Below are positions 8,614-18,213 of a stretch of DNA of 64,000 nt, piece after piece. Each line of letters starts with the position of its first letter. Positions within the stretch are counted from its first letter, which is position 1. This DNA comes from Candidatus Bathyarchaeia archaeon. Its GTDB lineage: Archaea; Thermoproteota; Bathyarchaeia; TCS64. The notes below the pieces were generated by a model that saw only the letters and a list, made by a program, of their open reading frames with translations, was not told the DNA's origin and searched no databases. Both the position numbers and the translations under genes were made by a program. The stretch covers positions 96,001 to 160,000 of the forward strand of contig JBEKDF010000002.1 in NCBI GenBank assembly GCA_050014495.1, written 5' to 3'.

Positions 8614-9696
8614 TTATCGTGTGATCCTAAGCCTCTTCATTTTCTCGAGGTTTTCGGGTTTCTTCTCGAAATATGTTCTTACTGGTTCAAGGAGTTTGAC
8701 CATAGCCTCTGCAGTAGCGGTTTTGAGGTCCATAGGATGTAATTTTCCCTCGGAGTAAGTCTTGGCGAGTTCTTCATAGCTACCGAATGAGATGTCTCCG
8801 CCGAACTTAGCTGGGCGTATAACCTCTAGTTTCCCGAGTTGGGGAAAGACTATCATTCGGGTATGCTCGAGGACTGGGTTGCCCTCAACCTGCTTCGGTG
8901 GGCAGAATGCCTCCTTATACTTGGCTCTTATGTCTGCAGGTTCGTCGTTCACCCAGATGGCACCCTTGGCAACGCTCTTTGACATCTTCATGGAGATCGT
9001 TTTGTTAATTTCCTCGTCCTCATCGAAAGCACCCTTGATTGTAGTGTCCTGGAGTCCGGGGAGTAGCGAATTGTGGAGGCATACGGGGACTTTGAAGCCT
9101 AGTTTTGGCGCAATCTCCCTAGCAAGCATGTGAACTTTCCGTTGGTCCATTCCTGAGCAAGCAGCGTCGAGATTCATTTGGAATATATCACTCGTCTGGA
9201 GAGCAGGGTAGAGAACCCAACTCGACTCAACATCATCTGCATCGGCGCTCCGCCCCATTATGGGCATCGCTCTTAGAGCCCTCTTCATGGTCGTAGCCTT
9301 CATGACGCGGACAACCTTTTCCCAGTAGTCCTTATGGCTCACTATGTCAGAGGCCCAAAGATACTCGACCTTACCTGGGGGAAGTCCGAGAGCAGTGAAG
9401 CAGTCCTTGAAGTACTCAGCACCAGCACGTATGTTGTCAAGGTCGCCGCCAAGTTTGTTGTTGATCCAGCCATGCCACTCAGCGAGATAGATTATAAAGT
9501 GAAAACCCGCGTCGGCGTAGTCCTTCATCTTTTTCCCCACGATGAGGCCTGTGCCTGCATGCATCATACCACTCGGTTCGAATCCAACGTATCCGCGGGG
9601 GTGATCATTAGTCTCAAGAAGGGTTCGTAACTCCGCGGGAGTGATAATCTCCTGCAGGTTCTGGGTAACTAGCCTGAAGCGGGTCTCGGTGTCCAT
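8614..9696 (-). CDS. tyrS: Tyrosyl-tRNA synthetase (archaeal type)
   Basis: YVGFEPSGMMHAG (HIGH-like), YPALQTSD, GMDQRKVH, KMSKS, LHPMDLK. Probable start ATG 9696 after GGCGAG. Confidence 0.95.
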   Translation of the reverse strand: MDTETRFRLVTQNLQEIITPAELRTLLETNDHPRGYVGFEPSGMMHAGTGLIVGKKMKDYADAGFHFIIYLAEWHGWINNKLGGDLDNIRAGAEYFKDCFTALGLPPGKVEYLWASDIVSHKDYWEKVVRVMKATTMKRALRAMPIMGRSADADDVESSWVLYPALQTSDIFQMNLDAACSGMDQRKVHMLAREIAPKLGFKVPVCLHNSLLPGLQDTTIKGAFDEDEEINKTISMKMSKSVAKGAIWVNDEPADIRAKYKEAFCPPKQVEGNPVLEHTRMIVFPQLGKLEVIRPAKFGGDISFGSYEELAKTYSEGKLHPMDLKTATAEAMVKLLEPVRTYFEKKPENLEKMKRLRITR

Positions 9697-9803
9697 CTTC
9701 TCGCCTTTGGAATCTCTCCGAGGCTCTGCTATTAAGGTTTGAGGGCAGCAGCCGATACCCACTCGGGTAAAGAGATAAGTGACATTGGTAGAGCATCAAT
9801 GAG

Positions 9804-11291
9804 TTGTCTAGGAGAACATCCGGCAAAAAGATGCTAGATCCAGCCTCCCTAGTATATGCACCCGCATCAGTCATGGCTAAAGCCATCGCGAAGGGTAGTA
9901 TCACATCGCTTGCAATAACCAAGGAAATTTTGCATCGGGTCGATGTTTACAACCCAAGGCTCAACGCGATAGTCACCCTTCGAACAGAAGATGCTCTAAG
10001 GGAAGCGAATGAAGCCGATGAGGTCTTCAAGACAGGTGGTCCAATCGGTCCTCTCCAGGGGGTACCAATCACAATCAAGGACTGCTTCGAGATGAAAGGG
10101 GTTAGGACCACTGCAGGAACTAAGACCCTCGCGGACTACATCCCCGATAGAGACGCTGCAGTGGTCGAAAGAATGAAGACAACGGGTGCCATTATCATAG
10201 GCCACACGAACGTTCCAGAGTTAGCTGCAGACTGGCAGACATACAATTCAGTGTTCGGAACAACCAACAATCCGTGGGATCTGATGCGAACTCCCGGTGG
10301 ATCAACGGGGGGAGGTGCTGCCGCCCTCGCTGCTGGAATGACCTTCCTCGAGATTGGCAGCGACATCGGTGGTTCGATTAGGGTTCCCTCCCATTTCTGT
10401 GGCCTTTACGGACATAAACCAAGTCTAGATGTGGTCTCAACCAGAGGACATATACCACCATTACCTGGTGCATCTTCGAGCTACCCTGCTTTCAGCGTCG
10501 CTGGTCCACTTGCGAGGAGCGCATGTGACCTAAGGCTCGCTCTGGAAGTTTTGGGCGGACCAGACTATGGTCTCGAGAAGGCCCTAAAATGGAGACTCCC
10601 GCCTCAGAGGAAGCACACACTCAGGGAGTATCGCCTTGGATGCGTGATAGATGACCCATTGTGTCGTACCTCATCTGAGGTTAGGGGGCCCTTGGAGAAG
10701 TTAGTGAGAGGGTTAAAGGAGGAGGGAATCGATATCGCGACTGGTTGGCCTGAAGGCATCGAACCTAAGCGTCTCTTCGATGATTATCGATATATGCGCT
10801 ACGCCTCTGGGGCAGGGGGACTCAGTAGCGACCAGATAAACGAGCGCCTTAAGGCGGAGCCAATAAATGATGGCTCTGACGAGTATGCGGCGGCACAAGC
10901 CTACGCGTCGACGGTAAAGGAGTTCCAAGATGTGATGGCGAGGACAGCGCAGGCAAAGGATGCTTGGCGCGACTACTTCAAGGGAGTGGATGCCCTTCTC
11001 GTCCCCGTAGCGTTCGTCCCAGCCTTCCCCCACGATCACAGAATGCCCCTGAAGAATAGGGTCCTCCAGCTATCCGAAGGTCCGAGGAGGTATCAAGAGC
11101 TGCGTTTCTGGATTTGCTTCGCTACACTCTGCGGACTGCCGTCGACAGTAGCTCCAATAGGCTTAACGAGCACTGGATTGCCTGTTGGGATACAGATTAT
11201 AGGGCCCTTCATGGAGGACGCTACATCTATCGATATAGCTGAGAAGCTCGGGGATATCGTAGGTGGATTCAGACCGCCTCCTGGCTTCTAA
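9804..11291 (+). CDS. Amidase signature family enzyme
   Basis: GVPITIKD, TPGGSTGG and GSDIGGSIRVP (Lys-Ser-Ser triad motifs). Confidence 0.93.
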   Translation: MSRRTSGKKMLDPASLVYAPASVMAKAIAKGSITSLAITKEILHRVDVYNPRLNAIVTLRTEDALREANEADEVFKTGGPIGPLQGVPITIKDCFEMKGVRTTAGTKTLADYIPDRDAAVVERMKTTGAIIIGHTNVPELAADWQTYNSVFGTTNNPWDLMRTPGGSTGGGAAALAAGMTFLEIGSDIGGSIRVPSHFCGLYGHKPSLDVVSTRGHIPPLPGASSSYPAFSVAGPLARSACDLRLALEVLGGPDYGLEKALKWRLPPQRKHTLREYRLGCVIDDPLCRTSSEVRGPLEKLVRGLKEEGIDIATGWPEGIEPKRLFDDYRYMRYASGAGGLSSDQINERLKAEPINDGSDEYAAAQAYASTVKEFQDVMARTAQAKDAWRDYFKGVDALLVPVAFVPAFPHDHRMPLKNRVLQLSEGPRRYQELRFWICFATLCGLPSTVAPIGLTSTGLPVGIQIIGPFMEDATSIDIAEKLGDIVGGFRPPPGF

Positions 11292-11371
11292 CGAATAATT
11301 AGCTGAACAGCGATTTTGGTTCCTTTTTTCTTAGCACATTTTGATGTTGTCTTATAATTTAATGGCGTGAT

Positions 11372-11570
11372 GGTGGGCGGGGCGTCCCTGTCCCTCACGA
11401 CAAACACACAGCATCACGGCATGGAGCCAACGCTCCGCTCAGCTGAGCTCTCTCAAATCGTGAGGAGTCCGACGCCCGAGCCCTGCCCGCCTGTCCCATG
11501 ACTGGGTAACCCCGTCTTCACAGGTGACCCTCCGCGGAGTCCGTCTGCATGGTGCGTCGTCTCTGCGGGC
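11372..11570 (-). ncRNA. Putative two-hairpin box H/ACA pseudouridylation guide RNA
   Basis: TATA-like GATATAAG at 11600-11593. Two hairpins, each with lower stem, pocket, upper stem and K-turn, followed by ACA (11494-11492 and 11391-11389). Confidence 0.72.
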
Positions 11571-11759
11571 AACCACTACTCGATCCCGGGGGCTTATATC
11601 CTTACATATTCTCCGAAGCTGGGTGTTACAACTTTGTAAGCACCCCTGTTAATTGAAAAAGAAGTGGAAAAATGGATTTTTTGATTTTTATGTCGATTAT
11701 TGACCTATTTTATAGGTTTAAAGCAATTATTTTTAATATAAAAACGGTATTTTTAACTC

Positions 11760-14291
11760 ATGTCTACTAAGATTCCTTCTCCTGAGGAGTTTTTCGGTCA
11801 TGAAGTAGGTGCTGATAGAAAACTCCTGCGTTGGGATCGGATTGTTGAGTACTTCAACGCACTCGGAAAATCACCTTGTGTGCGGGTAACGGAGCTAGGA
11901 AAATCTACTGAGGGAAACCCGTTCATCCTCGTAGTAATCACCGCTCAGGAGAACCTGAAAAGGCTCGAAAAGATTAGGGAGATGAGCTGGCGGGTCGCAC
12001 ACCCAAGGGGCGTCCCCGCAGAGGAAATCGCTGGCATCATCACTGAGGGAAAATCCGTTGTGGCGATGACGATGAGTATACACGCCACGGAGGTGGGCGG
12101 CACCCAGATGGCTCCCGAGCTCGCTTACGAGGTTGCTACAAGCCCAACTTTCGAGGAGGTGCGCCAAAACGTCGTACTTCTCCTATTCCCCTGCTTCAAC
12201 CCAGATGGGCAGATCATGGTCACGGACTGGTACAACAAGTACCTCGATACGGAGTACGAGGGGAGTAGTCCGCCTTGGCTCTACCACAAATATGCTGGTC
12301 ACGACAACAATCGAGACGCAATCAACCTCAGCATGGTGGAGAGTCAAATGGTGGCCCGTGTCCTCTACGGAGATTGGTACCCACAGGCATACATAGACTA
12401 TCACCACATGGGGAGCTACGGTGCTAGGTTCTATATTCCTCCCTTCAGCAACCCCATCGACGATCAGGTTGACCCCCTGGTATGGACGGAGCAGGAACTC
12501 TATGGGGGAATCATGCACGTAATGCTGGAGGTCGCTGGAAAGACGGGAGTAGAGTCCGCAGCCACTTACCCTGGAGAATTCATGCCCACATTCAACTACG
12601 TCCCCTGTTGGCATAACATCTGCGGCATGCTCACCGAGTCCGCGAGCGCTGGAATAGCAACTCCCATTTGGATCCATTACCACCAACTCAAGCCAAGTAG
12701 TCGTGGGCGACCAGAATATAGGACTCAGATGGGCTTCCCACACCCCTGGCCTGGAGGATGGTGGAGGCTCCGTGACGTGGTCGAGCAGCAGAAGATAAGT
12801 GCATTTGCTACTCTGATTGCAGCCTCCAGGTTCAGAGAGACCCTCCTAAGGGACATGCATATGAAGTCGACCCACGCTTTGGAAAGGGGACTCAGCGAGG
12901 CACCATACGCATTTATCGTTAAGACCGAGCAGCACGACGAGCTGACAACTTACAAGCTACTCAAGACTCTTATGGACATGGGGGTAGAGGTCCAGAGGAG
13001 CCAGAGGGAGTTCAACGCCGACGGCGTCACCTACCCCCGTGGCACCCACGTCGTCTTCGCATCTCAGTCCTGCAGACCATATATAATCAGCCTACTGAAG
13101 AGAACCTTTTATCACTTAGGTCCTTGGACGCGGAAGCCCGATGGGACCCCACTAACACCATATGACCTCGCCACCTATACTATACCCGAGTTCATGGGTG
13201 TGAGGCTTCACGAAGTTGAGAAGCCCTTTGATGGTGCATTCGAGGCTGTACCGAGCCTCAGGTTCCCACGGGGTGATGTCGCCATCCAGGCTCCTAATGG
13301 CTGGCTACTCGATACACGGATCAACGATGGCTACGCTGCCGTGAACAGGTTGCTAAGGCGCGGCGTGAATGTTAGGAGGCTAACTGCTGACGTGCAAATA
13401 GGGGAGCGCATGCATCCGGCTGGGACGTGGCATATAGTGGGTGAGGATGCACGCGAGGAGCTGGAGAAGATATCGAAGCGTTACCACTTAGTCTTCGAAG
13501 CTGCCCCAGAGATCGAGTTGAATGAGAGGCCCATACACCAGCTCAGGATAGGGATCTATCAGCGATTCTATGGCGGAAACACAGATGAGGGATGGACACG
13601 GTGGCTTCTAGAGCAGTACAGGTTCCCGTACAAAACTCTGATTGACAAGGACATCAAGAGGGGTAGACTAGCAGACAAGTTCGACGTCATCATCCTTCCC
13701 TCCGACCACAAGAGTATGATAACGGGCGACGGCATAGAGGAGTTCTACGAGAAGAGGTGGCAGGGCTTCATGACAATGCCGAAGTACCCACCTGAGTATA
13801 GGAGCGGAATCGGGAAGGATGGGGTTGAGAAGCTAAGGGACTTCGCTGAAGCTGGAGGAACCCTCCTGTGTCTAGGGGAATCGAGCGACTTTGCCATAGA
13901 GGAGTTGAAGGTCCCCGTAAAGAACGTGCTCGCAGACATCAAGCTCACCGACTTCGTCTGCCCCGGCTCGACGCTTCACGTCAATGTCGATTCTACCAAC
14001 TCATTAGCATGGGGTGTGCAGGAAGACCTACTCATCATCTTCCGTAGCCATGGCGCCTTTGAGGTGAAGCCTGGGAGCCGAAACGATGAGTACGGCGTAG
14101 TACTCAGTTACCCCGAAGATCATATAATGGAAAGCGGATGGCTGCAAGGGGAAGATAGGCTTTCGCGGAAAGCCGCGATGGTGGAAGCGAAGATGGGTAG
14201 GGGGCGCGTCATTCTGTATGGATTTGCCCCCCAGTACAGGGCGCAGACTGATGCAGCCTTCAAGCTCTTCTTCAACCCCCTTGTCGGCTGA
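11760..14291 (+). CDS. M14 family zinc carboxypeptidase with C-terminal GATase-like domain
   Basis: SIHATEVGG (HxxE), HDNNRD, DYHHMG; C-terminal GWTRWLLEQY and GRVILYGFAPQYR. Confidence 0.88.
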   Translation: MSTKIPSPEEFFGHEVGADRKLLRWDRIVEYFNALGKSPCVRVTELGKSTEGNPFILVVITAQENLKRLEKIREMSWRVAHPRGVPAEEIAGIITEGKSVVAMTMSIHATEVGGTQMAPELAYEVATSPTFEEVRQNVVLLLFPCFNPDGQIMVTDWYNKYLDTEYEGSSPPWLYHKYAGHDNNRDAINLSMVESQMVARVLYGDWYPQAYIDYHHMGSYGARFYIPPFSNPIDDQVDPLVWTEQELYGGIMHVMLEVAGKTGVESAATYPGEFMPTFNYVPCWHNICGMLTESASAGIATPIWIHYHQLKPSSRGRPEYRTQMGFPHPWPGGWWRLRDVVEQQKISAFATLIAASRFRETLLRDMHMKSTHALERGLSEAPYAFIVKTEQHDELTTYKLLKTLMDMGVEVQRSQREFNADGVTYPRGTHVVFASQSCRPYIISLLKRTFYHLGPWTRKPDGTPLTPYDLATYTIPEFMGVRLHEVEKPFDGAFEAVPSLRFPRGDVAIQAPNGWLLDTRINDGYAAVNRLLRRGVNVRRLTADVQIGERMHPAGTWHIVGEDAREELEKISKRYHLVFEAAPEIELNERPIHQLRIGIYQRFYGGNTDEGWTRWLLEQYRFPYKTLIDKDIKRGRLADKFDVIILPSDHKSMITGDGIEEFYEKRWQGFMTMPKYPPEYRSGIGKDGVEKLRDFAEAGGTLLCLGESSDFAIEELKVPVKNVLADIKLTDFVCPGSTLHVNVDSTNSLAWGVQEDLLIIFRSHGAFEVKPGSRNDEYGVVLSYPEDHIMESGWLQGEDRLSRKAAMVEAKMGRGRVILYGFAPQYRAQTDAAFKLFFNPLVG

Positions 14292-14385
14292 TCACTATAT
14301 ACCTCAATACATTTTCTCCAATCATCATAACTTTCATTCGCATCGAAGACGTTTTATAGGAATACCCTCTTTGCTTCAAGGATAA

Positions 14386-15564
14386 GTGGTTAATATGAAT
14401 GTAAACAAATTCGCGAAGAAGGAGTTGCTCGCAATGGCAGCCGGCTCCTCTACTCGTGTGAACGTCGCCTTTGATCCTAAACTCATAAATCTTGGTGCCG
14501 GTGACCCCGACTTCAACCAGCCCAACATAATCAACAAGGCTGTATTCAATGCGATGAAGGAGGGTCACACTCACTACGAGTTCACTGGTGTCCCCGAGTT
14601 CAAGAAGGCTATCGCCAAGTACTATGGGAAGTATGGAGTGAAGATCGACCCTGATACCCAGCTCTGTATCGAGTCAGGTGGTAGCCAGGCTATCTTCCGC
14701 GCCTTCGGAGCCCTCCTCAACCCCGGTGACGAGATAATACTTCTCGACCCAGCGTATCAGGGATACTTCTCCCCCGCCTCCTACTTCGGCGCTACGATGG
14801 TTCGTGCTCCTATGAAGAAGGATAAGAAGGGCATCTTCAGGCCAGATGTCAACGCCATTGCCAAGGCGTGCACACCCAAGACGAAGGCGGTGATGATATG
14901 CAGTCCTGATAACCCGACTGGCGCAGTTTACACGGAGAAGGAACTCAAGGCTCTCGCAGAGGTCTGCGTCCAAAAGGACATCATTTGCATCAGCGACGAG
15001 ATCTACACCGAGTTCATCTGGGGTAGAAAGCCCTTCATCCCGACGATGAAGATCCCCGGCATGGAAGACAGGACCCTCGCACTCATGAGCTTCAGCAAGA
15101 CCTTCGCATGGACTGGCTGCAGGGCTGGCTACATCATCGCGAGCCCGGAGCTCATGAAGTTGATACAGGAGGTACCGATTGGTATCATCGGTATGCCGGT
15201 TCCTTTCCAATATGCTGGTGCTGTTGCCCTTGAGAAAGGTTGGGGCTTCGTCAAGAAGATGAGGAAGGAGTACAAGAAGAGGATTGACTTCAGCGTAAAG
15301 AGGCTGAACGAGATCAAGGGTATTACGTGTCCATATCCTGAGGGTACCTTCTACGTCTTCCCAGACATCAGTGCCATCGGTATGCCCAGTGTAAAGTTCG
15401 GTCAGGAGCTCTTCCTACAGGAGAAGCTCCGTGGCGCACCTGGTACTGGTTACGGACAAGCCGCTGAGGGACACATAAGATTCGCCCTCGTTGACAATAT
15501 GGAGCGCCTAGAGGACGCTTGGAACAGGGTAGAGCACTTCGTCAAGAAGAACGGGAAGAAGTAA
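14386..15564 (+). CDS. PLP-dependent aminotransferase class I/II
   Basis: INLGAGDPDF, SPDNPTG, ISDEIY, SFSKTFAWTGCRAG. Start may be ATG 14395. Confidence 0.93.
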   Translation: MVNMNVNKFAKKELLAMAAGSSTRVNVAFDPKLINLGAGDPDFNQPNIINKAVFNAMKEGHTHYEFTGVPEFKKAIAKYYGKYGVKIDPDTQLCIESGGSQAIFRAFGALLNPGDEIILLDPAYQGYFSPASYFGATMVRAPMKKDKKGIFRPDVNAIAKACTPKTKAVMICSPDNPTGAVYTEKELKALAEVCVQKDIICISDEIYTEFIWGRKPFIPTMKIPGMEDRTLALMSFSKTFAWTGCRAGYIIASPELMKLIQEVPIGIIGMPVPFQYAGAVALEKGWGFVKKMRKEYKKRIDFSVKRLNEIKGITCPYPEGTFYVFPDISAIGMPSVKFGQELFLQEKLRGAPGTGYGQAAEGHIRFALVDNMERLEDAWNRVEHFVKKNGKK

Positions 15565-15609
15565 TCTTCCCATCCTCATTTAATTGGATTCTAAGTACGG
15601 ATCTTAGGT

Positions 15610-15897
15610 TTGGTAAGGTATTTATTTTCATTTATTAATCTATCAAAGATGGATCCGAATCCGCCGAGACCTGCTTTTCAAATATTAATTTTACTTCTAA
15701 TTTCCATAGAAGTTTTTGCGGTAGCTTTAGGGAACGATGTTCTGCTGGTAGCTGTTTTAGTGCTGATTATTATCGTGGCCTTCTATTGGTTTAGATATAC
15801 TAGATCTCATTCGCTCAAGTCTAAATATCGTCCTAAGAATGCGACTCCCAAGGAGGATTGGAGGGGGACGACGGATAAGAATAATAATCCCCTTTGA
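15610..15897 (+). CDS. Small membrane protein (2 TM)
   Basis: Two hydrophobic helices followed by a basic tail; start may be ATG 15649. Confidence 0.5.
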   Translation: MVRYLFSFINLSKMDPNPPRPAFQILILLLISIEVFAVALGNDVLLVAVLVLIIIVAFYWFRYTRSHSLKSKYRPKNATPKEDWRGTTDKNNNPL

Positions 15898-15936
15898 GGC
15901 CTTCGTAATGGTTTTTAGGAAAAACTAGCTCGCGGG

Positions 15937-17385
15937 CTAGTCCTTGCCCCTGTTCTTTTCAGCGTAGGCCTTCGCTAACTCGAGTGGGGGCTGAATCTCG
16001 TTAGGGATGGGGGAAATGTATTTCTTCCCTGTTAAGCGTTTAGCGTGTTCCTCATTCGCCTTTTTCACAATCTCGGGTTTAGTGAGAAGATCGAGTACTG
16101 TACCAGCAGTTACCTTACTGCCGAAGATGAGGCTCTTATGGCCAAGGCCCATGGCGCCACAGGCGACCCACTGCCAGCTGTGAGCGGGACTACCTAGAGG
16201 GTATGCAGCAGTGTTGTACTCGACGGCGGGAACGACCCAACTCACGTCGCCTACGTCAGTTGAGCCAGCGCTACAGTAGTCCTCGCCGTAGGGGTCGAGG
16301 ACGTCGTCCGCCATCTCCATGTCGGCATATCTTTCCCAGGTCGGTACCTTCTGCCTCTTCATGTCGTCGATCTTAACCTGTCTGTCTAGGTCGGCGTTGA
16401 TCTTCTTGGCGAATGCAAGCTCCTCAGCAGTGTGCTGGGGAGCTCCAATCTCCTTCATGTTCGCCGTGATAGTCTCGGCTACCGTCTTGTTTGGAATGAG
16501 GTTGTAGAGGCCCATTATGAACTCGACCTTTAGAGTGGTTTCGGTCATCAGCGCGGCTCCCTCGGCGATCTTTATTATCCTCTTGTAGATCGAGTCCAGC
16601 TGATCTCTCTGAGGGGCGCGGATGTAATACCAGCTCCGCGCGTAGTCTGGGACGACGTTTGGCTGACCTCCCCCCTCTTCGATGACGTAGTGGAATCGGG
16701 CTTCCTGGATGACGTGCTCGCGGAGGTAGTTGACGCCTACGTTCATCAGCTCGATTGCGTCGAGAGCGCTCCTACCTTGCTCGGGTGAACCGGCAGCGTG
16801 GCTGGTCTTCCCGTAGTAGTGGAACTTGACTCCGTTGACTGCGGTACTGCTGCCAATCGTCGCTGCATTGATTGAGTCTGGGTGGTGGCTGATGACAGCG
16901 TCGACGCCATCGAATAGTCCGGCACGGACCATGTAGACCTTGCCGACGAAGTTCTCTTCAGCGGGGGTACCATAGAACTTGATTGTGCCATTGATATTGG
17001 CCTTTTCCATCGCGTAGCGCGTGGCAATCGCCCCAGCTACACCGCTAGTTCCATGGATGTGGTGCCCACAGCCATGCCCCGGAGCCCCCTCTATTAGAGG
17101 CACCTTCTCGGGGACGACCTTGTTGCTGATCCCCGGTAGCGCGTCGAATTCACCCATTATGCCGATTACGGGTTTTCCGCTCCCCCAGGTGGCTATGAAG
17201 GCGGTGGGCATACCCGCCACACCTGACTCAACCTTGAAGCCGTGCCTCCTCAGCTCATCCTGGAGTAGCTTAGAACTATTCGTCTCGGTTAGCCCGAGCT
17301 CCGCGTAACCCCAAATCGTGTCTGCTACCTCTATTATCCTCTTCTGGTTCTGGTCTATCCAGTTCCACGCAGTTTCCTTGACCAT
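15937..17385 (-). CDS. M20 amidohydrolase, AbgB (aminobenzoyl-glutamate hydrolase subunit B)-like
   Basis: EFDALPG, GHGCGH, GTPAEE, GSTDVGDVSW, HSWQ. Confidence 0.9.
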   Translation of the reverse strand: MVKETAWNWIDQNQKRIIEVADTIWGYAELGLTETNSSKLLQDELRRHGFKVESGVAGMPTAFIATWGSGKPVIGIMGEFDALPGISNKVVPEKVPLIEGAPGHGCGHHIHGTSGVAGAIATRYAMEKANINGTIKFYGTPAEENFVGKVYMVRAGLFDGVDAVISHHPDSINAATIGSSTAVNGVKFHYYGKTSHAAGSPEQGRSALDAIELMNVGVNYLREHVIQEARFHYVIEEGGGQPNVVPDYARSWYYIRAPQRDQLDSIYKRIIKIAEGAALMTETTLKVEFIMGLYNLIPNKTVAETITANMKEIGAPQHTAEELAFAKKINADLDRQVKIDDMKRQKVPTWERYADMEMADDVLDPYGEDYCSAGSTDVGDVSWVVPAVEYNTAAYPLGSPAHSWQWVACGAMGLGHKSLIFGSKVTAGTVLDLLTKPEIVKKANEEHAKRLTGKKYISPIPNEIQPPLELAKAYAEKNRGKD

Positions 17386-17626
17386 GGGTGAAAGGAAAGG
17401 GCATCGAATCTATAAGATCAACTAATCGAAAGCGCTGTCGACGGTAAGGGTTTCACCAAATCGAAACGAATAAGCTTCTGGTACTTCCCAGGGTGCCATC
17501 CATTCACGTTTGAGGTTTTTAAATACTGGATTTTATTAACCAAGTTTCGCAGCAGCGTTCTTAGCGCGCGCGCAATTTTGAGTCATCGGAAAAGGCTTAA
17601 GTTCGGCTATCTATGTGCTGGGCTAA

Positions 17627-18196
17627 GTGAGCCAATTGGGTGAGGTGGACCTCGTTTCACTGCTGCTCCTCTCTGTTGGGCTTTCTATGGATGTGCTCTC
17701 GGTATCGGCAGTTACGGGTTTTGGGATGGGGCGGATGAACCGGGATCAGATGCTTCGTCTCGCAGGTGCATTCGGGGTCTTCCATGTCTTCATGCCCATT
17801 TTGGGGTGGTTAGCCGGGGGTACGATAGAGAGCCTCATCTCGGGGTACGGCCATTGGATAGCATTTATCCTACTAGCATTCGTGGGAGGTAGAATTCTAA
17901 TCGAAGGTGTGCGTGAAGGAGGGAATGCGGATCCATCGAATATTCTAGAACTGAGAAGTCTACTTCTCTTCAGCATAGCTGTCAGTGTAGACAGCATTGT
18001 AGTGGGGGTGAGCTTCGGCCTCAACGGGGTCCCCATAGTCTTCCCCGCTTTGATGATTGGGTCGATGGCTTTTCTCTTCACTCTCATCGGGGTTGCCGTC
18101 GGGAGTAACACTGGGCATTGGTTGGGGCGGTGGTCTCAGATTGCTGGTGGGTTGATTCTCATCCTAATTGGGTTGAGGGTTTTATTCAGTCAGTGA
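17627..18196 (+). CDS. mntP: Manganese efflux pump MntP family
   Basis: GLSMDVLSVS, FGVFHVFMP and AVSVDS motifs; about 6 TM. Confidence 0.88.
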   Translation: MSQLGEVDLVSLLLLSVGLSMDVLSVSAVTGFGMGRMNRDQMLRLAGAFGVFHVFMPILGWLAGGTIESLISGYGHWIAFILLAFVGGRILIEGVREGGNADPSNILELRSLLLFSIAVSVDSIVVGVSFGLNGVPIVFPALMIGSMAFLFTLIGVAVGSNTGHWLGRWSQIAGGLILILIGLRVLFSQ

Positions 18197-18213
18197 TTTG
18201 GGGTCTGACTCGG

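Noticed and set aside
9572..9586. GGTTCGAATCC, resembling a tRNA T-arm
   Set aside because: Lies inside tyrS (antisense of GFEPS) and there is no cloverleaf around it.
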